A DNA stretch of 64,000 nt from Nitrospirales bacterium (GTDB lineage Bacteria; Nitrospirota; Nitrospiria; Nitrospirales; UBA8639). Every line of letters starts with the position of its first letter. The first letter of the stretch is position 1. Under the pieces are notes generated by a model. The model searched no databases and was not told where the DNA came from. It saw only the letters and a program-made list of their open reading frames with translations. Positions 1-9,321 of the stretch are shown piece after piece. The position numbers were made by a program, and so were the translations under genes. The DNA lies in the NCBI GenBank assembly GCA_965223295.1, contig CBDCWC010000003.1:1728001-1792000 (forward strand), given 5' to 3'.

Positions 1-1
1 G

Positions 2-802
2 AGCTTTACGTGGAGTTTCGTGGATCCGCCTTCCTCTTGCTTTCCAGTCACGACGCCAACCATCGCGTCTCCAAATCGTTCATTAACCACATTTGAGTTA
101 GACTCCAATCATAATTCTGACATTAAATCGGTCAGTTCGAAGCCGTACTATATTCGGTTACGCGTGACCAATGAGTTTGCAGACTTTAATCCGGCGATCA
201 TTGGACAGCTGTTCACAGATAGCTCACTGAAGCCACTGGTGTTTGCAGACAGCAACCCTGCAACTAAGGATATATACAAGTTGCTGACGACCAATTTCCC
301 ACTGTCAGGTGCCTCTGGTTCGAGTGGCCCGCTACAATGCATGCATTGCCATAGCAATGGCATTCTCGGAAGGGCCGGAGGTATCTTCGAGATGTGGGAC
401 GTAACCCTACCGGGCGATGCCAATAGTGAACTGTGGAAGCGCATTGCCTATAACAATGTGATGACTCGTGTAGATTGCAATGATCCAGGTAATAGCTTGA
501 TACTCAAAAAACCTGCCGGACATCATCACAATGGTGGAACTGTTCAAGGGTTTGGTGTGGGATCTGGCTTTAACCACCTGAGTTCTGGTGATGATAGCAA
601 TCGGGAGGCTCTTCTACGATGGATCATGGAAGGTGCCCCGTATGCTGGGACTGGGGAATCTAGTGACCTGGGATGTCCAACAGGGCAATTCTTTTTTCCA
701 ATCTCAAGTGTTTTTTCGACCTCAGTCAAACCAATTCATATTGAAAACCCAAGTTCTTCAATAGGAGTGACCAAGTTTTCGGCGCTAAACCTCAAGAAGT
801 AG
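2..802 (+). CDS. C-terminal part of a secreted c-type cytochrome domain protein (5' end outside the window)
   Basis: Frame is open from base 2. Contains CxxCH (CMHCH) followed by RVDCNDPGNSLILKKP..HHNGG..LLRWIMEGAP, a pattern typical of planctomycete-type cytochrome c domains. Confidence 0.7.
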   Translation, partial: SFTWSFVDPPSSCFPVTTPTIASPNRSLTTFELDSNHNSDIKSVSSKPYYIRLRVTNEFADFNPAIIGQLFTDSSLKPLVFADSNPATKDIYKLLTTNFPLSGASGSSGPLQCMHCHSNGILGRAGGIFEMWDVTLPGDANSELWKRIAYNNVMTRVDCNDPGNSLILKKPAGHHHNGGTVQGFGVGSGFNHLSSGDDSNREALLRWIMEGAPYAGTGESSDLGCPTGQFFFPISSVFSTSVKPIHIENPSSSIGVTKFSALNLKK

Positions 803-1862
803 CAGGATTAAAATGATGGACAACTCGCCATACAGGAATGTTGAAAACAGGTAGCCGATCTTTCAGACAGACAATGTGGCTGCAGCCTCGCTGGGAGACT
901 TTTTCGATTAGTCCGTTGTCTCGTGAGATGAGATTTTTCTAAGAACTTTTTGAGTAAAAAACGGTCAACAGGTTTTCCATGAAAGGGCTGTTCTTTTTTT
1001 AGCTTCTTTCTTGATCACATGAATGATTGGGATAGTAGATATAGAGAGCATCAGAATTTGTCGATTCAACTATTGGTGTCAGTACTTCGTCTTGTTGAAC
1101 AAGAGGTTGTGCCTGAGCTTACTGGTGGTGGGGCAAGAGGATTAGGCTTATAAATCCGCGAGGAGAGATCCTGTATTTCGCAATGCACCATAGCTGTTCT
1201 CCAAAGACATTGGCCAACGAGTATCTTTGCCGTCCGGTCTGATTTTCACTCTATCATCAGATATGTTGAGGTTGTTGGTGGAATACAGTAGAGAGGGCAA
1301 TGGCAGATTTCCGTTTACGAAAATAGTTAGGTATTTCAACAACGGCTGGACGTTCGGCGAAAGTCCGAATATACCTTCACAAGTATCTGGCTCACGAGAT
1401 TCAATGGCAGCAAACCTCTTAAGTTATTGATGCAATGGGTTTAGCAGGTTTTCCTGTCGAATCTTTGTTGACTCGTGATTTATAGACATTTCATACGCAA
1501 CACGTGTGCGTTGACTTTCTTGACCTATCAGTCATCGAGGCGAGAGTTTTTCTCAGACAGTATTTTGGAGACGGTCCCTAGAGTGAGGTGCTCAATGAGA
1601 TTGAGGTTCCTCATCTCAATATTTAGGCGAGCTGTTGATCTTTAGTGTTGCGCCATAAAGGAAGAGGGGGAGTGGGACGAAAAGCACCTCCCTACTTCAC
1701 ATATGGTTACCTAACCGCCAGTTGGGAGAAAATCTATATCTTTATACAGGGTAGTAGCGTTCGTCTAATGCCTCGGAAATGCGCCCTATTGGGTTCATCA
1801 GGGTGGTATTCCTCGCCGTCAAAATCGAACTTTCTACTATCTCTCCAGATTCTAGACGGCAG

Positions 1863-2453
1863 TCATGGCTGTGTCAGCTTGCGCCATCCCAATAATCCTA
1901 ACAGCCCCGAGCCAAGCAGCAGAAACGTCCCAGGTTCAGGGACAACGTTCATTCTTGCCTCTTGAATAGTTTCAAGTGGCAAAGCTTCACCTGAAGCTTC
2001 ACTGACATCCACCTGAGTGAATTCGAGAGGACTCGTGCCTGTATTGTCAGTAGATGCACTGAAGAGTAACGTAGCAAGAGTGAAGCGATCTGGCTGAAGG
2101 GCATCCAGTTCAAAATCAGAGAGCAAGGATATTTCACTGACATCCACTATGCCAGGAGTAGAGGAATTACTATTCGTAATTGTCTCAAACAATCCTTCGT
2201 CGCCTAAAAACGGGCCGAAGGTTGCAGACTGGAATGTCAGTAAACTGGGTTCAAAACTGATGTCCACGTCGAAAGCGCCGAGGGAAGGAATTCCACCAGC
2301 GGTTAAGCCCGAGATGTCCAATGTGACCACGGCCAAATCTCCGCGCGATACATGCTGAGAAGAAGGATTAAGGGACAGAGAAACTGCCAGGGCCTGTCCA
2401 GCCCACAAACTGGTGGAACTGATAATAACAGCCAGGAATAGAATCTTTTTCAT
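1863..2453 (-). CDS. Cohesin-domain PEP-CTERM surface protein
   Basis: Signal peptide; beta-sandwich with cohesin-like pattern (LSLNPSS..V.LDIS..LGAFDVDISFEPSLLTF..LATLLFSA..GTSPLEF); C-terminal VPEPGTFLLLGSGLLGLLGWRK sorting signal. Confidence 0.85.
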   Translation of the reverse strand: MKKILFLAVIISSTSLWAGQALAVSLSLNPSSQHVSRGDLAVVTLDISGLTAGGIPSLGAFDVDISFEPSLLTFQSATFGPFLGDEGLFETITNSNSSTPGIVDVSEISLLSDFELDALQPDRFTLATLLFSASTDNTGTSPLEFTQVDVSEASGEALPLETIQEARMNVVPEPGTFLLLGSGLLGLLGWRKLTQP

Positions 2454-2546
2454 CTTGGGGTTCTCCTGTTATGAAATGGGATAAAACGCATGTGGCGTTT
2501 TCAAAGGATCTTGAGTAGTAAGGGATAAGGGACGCATGTTTTGCTC

Positions 2547-4289
2547 TCATGGAATATTTAAGGCATCGGCAATAGCTTGAATTTGCCCCGGGCTGAGATC
2601 ATCGGTGCCGTTGCCGTCTCCTAAAAACTGCATTTGGACTTCCGTTTGAATGGCATTACTAATTTGTCCTGCCGATCTTCCCTTCTTTGCACTCATCGCG
2701 AGCGGTCCATGACATGTCTGACAGTGGGCATTGTAAAGCTGTTCCCCCGTTGCCTCAGGAGGAGTACAGGTTGGTTTTTCCCTTGGAGGGTTTGCCGTTG
2801 GATCACCACAGAGAACCTGTTGAGGGGTTGCTGAGGTGCCGTTGGTGAAATTCAAAATATCGGTTTTGAATCGGTTAAACGTATGCTCGGCGTGTGGCAT
2901 ACGTGGTGTGAACGAATCTGAACATGCCACACGTTGGGCATCCGCGCAGAAGTTCGTTGCCTTTTCCCAGTCGACACCACGGGTTGGATAGTTGTTCTGA
3001 GCTTCCCCTTGGGCGACATGACAGGTGCGACAATACCGTCGGTAAACGTTGTCATAGAGTGATCGCTCCTGGAAAAAAAAGTCGAACTCTGGAGAACCTA
3101 TCTCCTGAAAACCTTCAGGGTCTGTGTACCATGTCTCAGGAATAACCCGTCCGTTATAGGTATCATCAACGTGGACAAAGTCGCCAGGCTCCCGCCCATA
3201 CCAACCTAGGATAAGCTGTTCGATGGAATCCTTACGATTCTTCGATGCGTTCGCCACATGTTTGTTCAACCGATTGAACTCGAACGCTTGGTCGGACAAG
3301 GTGGGTTGTCCGGGCCAGTTTTCGAAGCTGGCAATATCAAAGGGGAGGTATTGTCCGCCTGCAGGTACCCCCAACCCGACCTTTTTATCTCCATTCCCAT
3401 CGGCGCCAAAGGGATCGGTTCGGCCCATATGGCACCCGTAACATTGCTCAGGGACTGCCTTTGCTCCCTCGCCGTCAAGGGCAATGCGATTCACCCGCTT
3501 CCCATCTTTATCGAACACAAAAAAGGCCACGATATCTCGATCATGGACGCCCTGTGTAAACCGCATCCGTTCCATGGCCACGGTGGCTATTAGGTCCCGC
3601 CCTAGCTGATCAGGAATGCCGTTTATTCCCTTAGGGTCGGCATAGTTTTGCACGTAGCAGGGAAAGCTCGTGCCGTCGTCTAGGCAAAACATGTCTCGGC
3701 CGAGTCCTCCAGTTTGTCCGGGGTCGAGGTCTCCAGCGTTGATAAAGGTCGCGTGGGCCGTTGAGAGGGGGAATTGGTCGAAGCGATGTAGGCTGCGCCA
3801 ATCGTCGAGAGTCGTACGCTCTCCCTGTGGATCCACCTTGCCATAATACGTGTCCAGATATCCCTCTTGCCCGAACTCCGGCTCGTCGCGCGGAGTGACA
3901 TCATAGGCTGGTGCGAAGAGCCCTAGGCTCACGGCTTCAAGATATAGACATCCGTTGGGGGTACTACAATCTGCCAGTGGTGGCGTGATGATCCCGCAGC
4001 GAGGTAAATTGCAATGAGACGAGACCAGTTGGCGTGCGTCCATGACAGTAATGCGCCCGTCTCCATCTAAATCACAGAGCTCTCCGCAATCACTCCCTCC
4101 AACAGTCTTGCCGCGGTCAGCGAGCAGAAGGACAAGGTCATTTCTATCAACATCCTGGTCATTGTCGATGTCACCGATAATACGAGCCTGTGCTATGGAT
4201 GTGAGAGTGAATACACCCCAAAAAACGGAAATCGCAAGGAAAGATGTAAAACTAAAGTATCGAAGTTTCATTGTCCACTCCTTTTTCAT
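2547..4289 (-). CDS. Secreted triheme c-type cytochrome with N-terminal dockerin/EF-hand-like domain
   Basis: Signal peptide ending AQA; paired Ca-binding loops GDIDNDQDVDRND and DLDGDGRITVMD; three CxxCH motifs (CYGCH, CRTCH, CQTCH). Confidence 0.8.
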   Translation of the reverse strand: MKKEWTMKLRYFSFTSFLAISVFWGVFTLTSIAQARIIGDIDNDQDVDRNDLVLLLADRGKTVGGSDCGELCDLDGDGRITVMDARQLVSSHCNLPRCGIITPPLADCSTPNGCLYLEAVSLGLFAPAYDVTPRDEPEFGQEGYLDTYYGKVDPQGERTTLDDWRSLHRFDQFPLSTAHATFINAGDLDPGQTGGLGRDMFCLDDGTSFPCYVQNYADPKGINGIPDQLGRDLIATVAMERMRFTQGVHDRDIVAFFVFDKDGKRVNRIALDGEGAKAVPEQCYGCHMGRTDPFGADGNGDKKVGLGVPAGGQYLPFDIASFENWPGQPTLSDQAFEFNRLNKHVANASKNRKDSIEQLILGWYGREPGDFVHVDDTYNGRVIPETWYTDPEGFQEIGSPEFDFFFQERSLYDNVYRRYCRTCHVAQGEAQNNYPTRGVDWEKATNFCADAQRVACSDSFTPRMPHAEHTFNRFKTDILNFTNGTSATPQQVLCGDPTANPPREKPTCTPPEATGEQLYNAHCQTCHGPLAMSAKKGRSAGQISNAIQTEVQMQFLGDGNGTDDLSPGQIQAIADALNIP

Positions 4290-4339
4290 TTACGAAATTC
4301 TTTCAAGTTCACGGTTATGCCATCCAATCCGTAAATTCG

Positions 4340-4355
4340 TGCAGTTTTAGTGCCA
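4340..4355 (-). promoter_or_regulatory. Sigma54 (-24/-12) promoter of the cytochrome/cohesin pair
   Basis: Minus strand reads TGGCACTAAAACTGCA (GG-N10-GC), about 50 bp upstream of the start at 4289. Confidence 0.75.
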
Positions 4356-4463
4356 CACATAAAAAATCGAACGTTTTACAAATCGGCATAGAAGGAGAAG
4401 CAATTGGAGAGGTTTTGAAGGTTTTTGCCATGATTGTCAAAAGTTTTAACCATTCTTGAGTTT

Positions 4464-4520
4464 GTATCTGATGAGATACGGTTTATATATCTTCAGATAC
4501 AAATTTGAATTATGAGATAC
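4464..4520. promoter_or_regulatory. Putative enhancer (bEBP binding) sites GTATCT-N4-AGATAC
   Basis: Perfect palindrome at 4464-4479, degenerate copy at 4485-4500 (21 bp period), and an extra AGATAC half-site at 4515-4520. Confidence 0.65.
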
Positions 4521-4538
4521 TGCGAAGAATTCACGACA

Positions 4539-6035
4539 TTAAAATTCCATTCGAGCTCCCAGTGTCACAATATGATTGGAAATGTTTCTTAGGCCTAAGA
4601 ATGTTTCATAATCTAAATAGACTTGAGTCCCTCCTGCAGAGACATTAGCAAGAGTGGCTCCGACTCGAAAGAAATTCCGATCAGGGGCTTCATTTCTTAT
4701 AAATAAAGGGTTATTAAAGGGATCATTCACATACTTGGTCGTTGTTGTTTTCGCATCATTTTTAAATTCATGATCCCATTCTCCTCGTATTTGGGGATAC
4801 CAGACACCCCATTTCCAACTGAATTTTTTTGATGCTTGAAGGCCAAGGGCTGAAATAAGAGAGGTAATATCTTGGCCTTCAACTTCCAGGTTTAATCCTC
4901 CTGCACCTGATTCTTCAAATCCATCAATATCGAGTTTAAAATACGTCAGTCGAGCAAAGGGACCAAAATCAACACTTCCTACGTGAGCGGCATAGCCCGT
5001 GCCTAAACTCAGTGAGTATTGGGTGCTATCTGTTTCACCTTTGGCTGTTCTGCGTGTTGAGGGTTCGGCCGTATTTGATGGAATGACAATCTTTCTCTTT
5101 GAATCATGGTCATTCCATCCGACAGACCCAATTCCCTCCAAATAGAAATCTTGTAGGTAATAGGTGCCATAGATCGAAAATACATAACCATCTGAATCAC
5201 TGCCTCCCCCGGCATTGACGGAGGACTTGTGAAAATCACCATCAAAATGTGAATAACTAAATGCGGTTCCGACAACCAGTTCTTCGAGGAATCGGTAGTC
5301 AACTCCTACTGTGACCCCGCCGGTGTTAAAGTCGAATCCGTCTTCTCGTGAGGTTTCATCTTTCTCCCCTGTTCCGAGTGAGCCACTGATAAAGGTCCCT
5401 AACCGACTGAATGCCCCGCTTCCAAGATCGCCGGAAGCCCCGCCCCCTCTTGGCTGAAGTCCAGGAAGCCCCATGCTCTGGGCCCGTAAATCTGGCAAGG
5501 GGGCTATTCCGTTCAGATTGAGGCCGGCGACAGAGAATCCGCGTGCGCCTCCCCGCAGAGCTGTAAGGCGGCCCCGCAAATTTCTTTGTTGGCCGTTAAA
5601 GGTTTTGGAAGCCATTGTTCTTGGGGCTAAGACTTCTTCTCCTGCCACTTGTTGAAGAGCTCTACTCAGTTCACTAAAAGATATTCCTAAGCTGTTGGTC
5701 GTAAGCCCTGAACTCGAAAGTTCATTTTCCGAGTGAACCAGCGAGCGGCAAATGAGGAATAAGTCTTGTTCTAAACCTGTTCGACCAGACAGATCGCGAA
5801 TGTTCGGCCACAAATTTTCAATAGCTACACCAGTTGTTGATTGTAAGCTTGACTGACCCGGTAGTTCTCCCAGCGTTTGAGTATGTCCGACGACGAATAT
5901 CGATTCGCCCAATATCAAACTAGCAATTAGCATGAAGAGACATGTGCCATATTGAACGATTGACTTTGGTGATAACTGAGATTTCTTGATGCGAAAAGAG
6001 CAGTTGTGTGTAGACTGAATCATGAACGCCTCCAA
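4539..6035 (-). CDS. Autotransporter-type outer-membrane beta-barrel protein with short passenger
   Basis: N-terminal hydrophobic segment, helical linker (QQRNLRGRLTALRGG), amphipathic strands (GVTVGVDYRF, GEWDHEF), terminal Phe (LGARMEF). Confidence 0.85.
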   Translation of the reverse strand: MEAFMIQSTHNCSFRIKKSQLSPKSIVQYGTCLFMLIASLILGESIFVVGHTQTLGELPGQSSLQSTTGVAIENLWPNIRDLSGRTGLEQDLFLICRSLVHSENELSSSGLTTNSLGISFSELSRALQQVAGEEVLAPRTMASKTFNGQQRNLRGRLTALRGGARGFSVAGLNLNGIAPLPDLRAQSMGLPGLQPRGGGASGDLGSGAFSRLGTFISGSLGTGEKDETSREDGFDFNTGGVTVGVDYRFLEELVVGTAFSYSHFDGDFHKSSVNAGGGSDSDGYVFSIYGTYYLQDFYLEGIGSVGWNDHDSKRKIVIPSNTAEPSTRRTAKGETDSTQYSLSLGTGYAAHVGSVDFGPFARLTYFKLDIDGFEESGAGGLNLEVEGQDITSLISALGLQASKKFSWKWGVWYPQIRGEWDHEFKNDAKTTTTKYVNDPFNNPLFIRNEAPDRNFFRVGATLANVSAGGTQVYLDYETFLGLRNISNHIVTLGARMEF

Positions 6036-6165
6036 GGGAATTTATTGACAATGGAAATTGTCAATAAGTCTGTTGAATAGATTTGAAAAAACAATCGTAT
6101 CGTTACGGAGTTTCCTCTTTCTTGATCTTTCCTTGATAAACGGATTTGACATCGTGTGGTGTCAG

Positions 6166-6181
6166 TGCATTTCCAGTGCCA
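6166..6181 (-). promoter_or_regulatory. Sigma54 promoter of the autotransporter gene
   Basis: Minus strand reads TGGCACTGGAAATGCA (GG-N10-GC). Confidence 0.7.
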
Positions 6182-6314
6182 CAGACAGAAGAACGTGGCC
6201 TATTGAGCAATGCTGCTCTGACGTATGCCCGCGTACAGAGGCTTTAAGGGCTGTTTGTTATGAAAGAACAGGGAAAGAGTGAATTGCTTGGAAGCGGGGA
6301 CCGATAGACCTGGT

Positions 6315-6351
6315 GTATCTCATTAGATATGTCAGGTATCTCTTTAGATAC
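6315..6351. promoter_or_regulatory. Tandem putative enhancer sites GTATCT-N4-AGATAY
   Basis: GTATCTcattAGATAT (6315-6330) and GTATCTctttAGATAC (6336-6351), 21 bp period, about 135 bp upstream of the promoter at 6166-6181. Confidence 0.65.
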
Positions 6352-6548
6352 ATCATTAATGATACGGATCTGTAAGCCTGATATTGCTAATGCCTTGGTG
6401 GGTAACAGGGTGGCAAAGCAGTGCTAAAAAATTGCTTTTACAGAAATTCTCAGAAAAAATTAGGAGGGGCGTCAGGGTATTATGACGTGTCCCAGAGATC
6501 CGAGGGTTGGTGCGGAGGAAAATTGACTGGGTGGAGTTGCGACACTAA

Positions 6549-7991
6549 CTAACGCGGAAGATGAATGCCGTATTTTTTAATCTTATAGTACACCGTCCCT
6601 CGACTGACATTTAGCGCCTTCGCGGCTCTCTGGGTATCCCACTTCTGTTCAGTTAGGACCTTAATCAATGCCTCTCGGTTGACATCCTCCAACAAGGAAG
6701 GCTTGTCTTCAGAATCACTCTCGGGTTTGTCCTCATAGCTGAAATCAGGGGGAAGTTCTTGATAGATAATTTCATCATCAATTGTGTAGGTAGGACGCGA
6801 ACGAAGGATGACGCTATATAATATGTTCTCTAATTGACGAACATTGCCAGGCCAGTGGGCCGACAACAGCAGTTTCATCCCTTTGTCTGTCACTATGGGG
6901 ACTGTGTCCAATCGAAGTTCCTGCCCAAGCTTTCGTAAAAAGTGATCAATCAGAGCTGGAAGATCCTCTGTCCGTTCTCGTAAGGGAGGCACAACAATTT
7001 GTACAACTCGCAGTCGATAGTATAAATCTTCTCGAAAACTTCCATTTTTAATATCCTGCTCTAAATTTCTATTCGTTGCAGTAATAAAGCGGACATCCGT
7101 CAGGATTTCTTGCGATCCGCCAACGCGCATAATGGCATGTTGTTGTAATACGCGGAGCAACTTTGCCTGAGCCGGCAGGGATAGTTCGCCAATCTCGTCC
7201 AAAAAAATCGTGCCATTTTTCGCTTGCTCGATTTTGCCAATCTTCATATTTGAGGCGCCGGTGAAGGCGCCTTTTTCATACCCAAACAATTCACTCTCCA
7301 TAAGGTCGAGGGGAAGAGCGGCACAGTTCACTGGCAAAAATACCGAGCCGTTTCTCGAACTACTGTGGTGCAGGGCTCGCGCAACGAGTTCTTTCCCTGT
7401 CCCATGTTCCCCTCGAATTAGCACAGTGGCCGGGCTGTCACCCACATCAAGGATTAATTTGTAGAGTTCCTTCATCGCAGGACTCTCACCAATCAATCCG
7501 CCAAAGTGAACTGTGCTGGCAGGGCAAGACCGAATAATTGAGGATTCGGCCAAGGCATCTTCTTTTGGAGCTGAATGTGTGACAGACGGCAAGGGTCTGG
7601 TTTCGTCTTCATCGACCTGAGCGCAGGCAATTTCAAATGGGTAAATCGTCAGTCGGCAGCGGCTCGGGAGAGGAGTGGGACCTTTCAGAGGCTGATTGTC
7701 CAGGAAAATACCATTCTTGTTCTTGTTGAATATTTGGTATCTCGTTCCTTCCCATTCTATAACAGCAGCCTGTCGGGAAATGTGGGCATTATTCAGAACG
7801 ACATCATTCGAGTCGGAGCGTCCAATAGAAAGGTGATCTTTATTGAACGACACTTGCATGATGACTGCATCTTTTAAATGAACTGTGAATTGAATCATTT
7901 CAACACCATTGAACGAGCTTGCTTCTGTTTGGCCGAAACAGACTTTCTGCAACGATGACGTCGTTTCACCGTTGCTGGAGGAATGTGCCAC
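6549..7991 (-). CDS. FHA-domain sigma54-dependent transcriptional activator (bEBP); true start may be 7898
   Basis: FHA (IGRSDSNDVVL..ISRQ), AAA+ with GEHGTGKE, ESELFGYEKGAFTGA, FLDEIGEL and WPGNVRQLEN, and a C-terminal Fis-type HTH. Confidence 0.95.
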   Translation of the reverse strand: MAHSSSNGETTSSLQKVCFGQTEASSFNGVEMIQFTVHLKDAVIMQVSFNKDHLSIGRSDSNDVVLNNAHISRQAAVIEWEGTRYQIFNKNKNGIFLDNQPLKGPTPLPSRCRLTIYPFEIACAQVDEDETRPLPSVTHSAPKEDALAESSIIRSCPASTVHFGGLIGESPAMKELYKLILDVGDSPATVLIRGEHGTGKELVARALHHSSSRNGSVFLPVNCAALPLDLMESELFGYEKGAFTGASNMKIGKIEQAKNGTIFLDEIGELSLPAQAKLLRVLQQHAIMRVGGSQEILTDVRFITATNRNLEQDIKNGSFREDLYYRLRVVQIVVPPLRERTEDLPALIDHFLRKLGQELRLDTVPIVTDKGMKLLLSAHWPGNVRQLENILYSVILRSRPTYTIDDEIIYQELPPDFSYEDKPESDSEDKPSLLEDVNREALIKVLTEQKWDTQRAAKALNVSRGTVYYKIKKYGIHLPR

Positions 7992-8156
7992 CTCTCAAGT
8001 TAGTGGATTTTGGAGCAAACTCTCTAATTAATCAAGACTCTGTTGTGTGCTTATTGGTTTTCACTGAATGGCAGTTTCGGGCTTCTCAAGAAGCTGTTCC
8101 AGTAAATTTATTGACCATGCTAACTAGTGAGGACCTTGAATTGGAAATCTGGTCGG

Positions 8157-8192
8157 TTATCCATTGAGATACTTTTTCAAAAAATTAGATAC
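8157..8192. promoter_or_regulatory. Degenerate enhancer sites (AGATAC half-sites)
   Basis: TTATCCattgAGATAC (8157-8172) and AGATAC (8187-8192), upstream of the promoter at 8334. Confidence 0.5.
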
Positions 8193-8332
8193 TGGGTTGT
8201 CAATATTTGAAATCTTCTAACCCACTCGTTACACAACCTCTACTTCTGAAATTCAAAAAATATTCATCCTATCTCATTGAAAAACAAAGGATTTGTCAGC
8301 CAAATGTTATTTTGTCTTTTGAGTCATGAGAT

Positions 8333-8349
8333 CTGGCATCTCCATTGCT
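8333..8349 (+). promoter_or_regulatory. Sigma54 promoter of the repeat-protein/CsgG-like operon
   Basis: CTGGCATCTCCATTGCT closely matches YTGGCAC-N5-TTGCW. Confidence 0.8.
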
Positions 8350-8483
8350 CTATTAAAAAAACATGAAGCAACACGGAAGACAGAACACAAAGAACCAAAC
8401 ATGTTTATTAACTTTGTCGATTGATTCAGGAAAGTCTATTGGCAAAGAGGACAACAAGTCCATTGAGACATAAGGAGGTCATC

Positions 8484-9233
8484 ATGACAAGCGCTAAAAA
8501 CAGTCAACTCATCATCGTCATGCTTGCAAGCCTACTCCACATGGGTGCGACCCTAGGATTGGCCGCATCGGGTATGGATGGAGAGATTTCTAATACCTAC
8601 GAGGGGGACCAGGTGACTAATAGCGGACAGAGCGAGCAAGGGCAGGCCAACGTGGGATCTATCGTCATCTCGGGTAGTACGGTCAAAGGAAAAATTACGA
8701 ACAACGCCGTCATCAAGAATTCCCAAAATCGAGCTGATGGGAAAGGGGCTAAGGCCAATCTGGGCACGATTAATCTGGAGGGCAGCACCTTTCAAGGCAC
8801 GCTCAATAACACAAGTGTCGTGGACGGAGCGCAGAACATGTCTAAAGGGGACAATGCCCAGGCCAACATGGGTGCCGTGAGCCTTGAACACAGCAATGTC
8901 ACCGGCCAGATTTCGAACAACGTCAAAGTGAAAAACGGCGCACAAAACATTGCAGATGGGAATAACGCGACAGCCAACATGGGATCAGTGAGAGTCAAAA
9001 ACAGCAATTACAAAGGAAAAATTATCAATTCCTGGGAGGGCCTGGACGGAACCAATATGGCGGTTGGGTCGGGCAGTGAAGCCAATACCGGTTCCGTGGT
9101 GATTGAAAGCAACAACGCCCCCACGAACATCATCAACAATATCCAAACCTCTCCAGGTGGGGCGAATGGGCCAGGTGGCAATGTGGCCACCGGTGGCCAA
9201 ACATCCAACATTAATTCAATCGTCATCAAATAA
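8484..9233 (+). CDS. Secreted Asn/Gly/Ser-rich repeat protein A (putative beta-solenoid/amyloid-like subunit)
   Basis: RBS TAAGGAGG before ATG 8484; signal peptide; five AN[VLMT]G[STA] motifs 36-37 aa apart plus a degenerate terminal copy. Confidence 0.75.
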   Translation: MTSAKNSQLIIVMLASLLHMGATLGLAASGMDGEISNTYEGDQVTNSGQSEQGQANVGSIVISGSTVKGKITNNAVIKNSQNRADGKGAKANLGTINLEGSTFQGTLNNTSVVDGAQNMSKGDNAQANMGAVSLEHSNVTGQISNNVKVKNGAQNIADGNNATANMGSVRVKNSNYKGKIINSWEGLDGTNMAVGSGSEANTGSVVIESNNAPTNIINNIQTSPGGANGPGGNVATGGQTSNINSIVIK

Positions 9234-9321
9234 GATGATGATCACTACAACACAGGAGGCAGTCATGAAACAACATCATCAACTCAATCAACAATCAACA
9301 TTTTTTTCCAAGGAGGGTACC

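Noticed and set aside
803-1860. Short ORFs (1148-1342, 1227-1430, 1645-1965) and small hairpins in a 1 kb gap
   Set aside because: No recognisable motifs or clear RBS; could be a decayed gene, but that cannot be supported.
9103-9321. N-terminal extension of the 354 aa ORF, and similar extensions at 8421, 10115, 30700, 39546 and 57305
   Set aside because: They overlap neighbouring genes or precede better RBS and signal-peptide starts.
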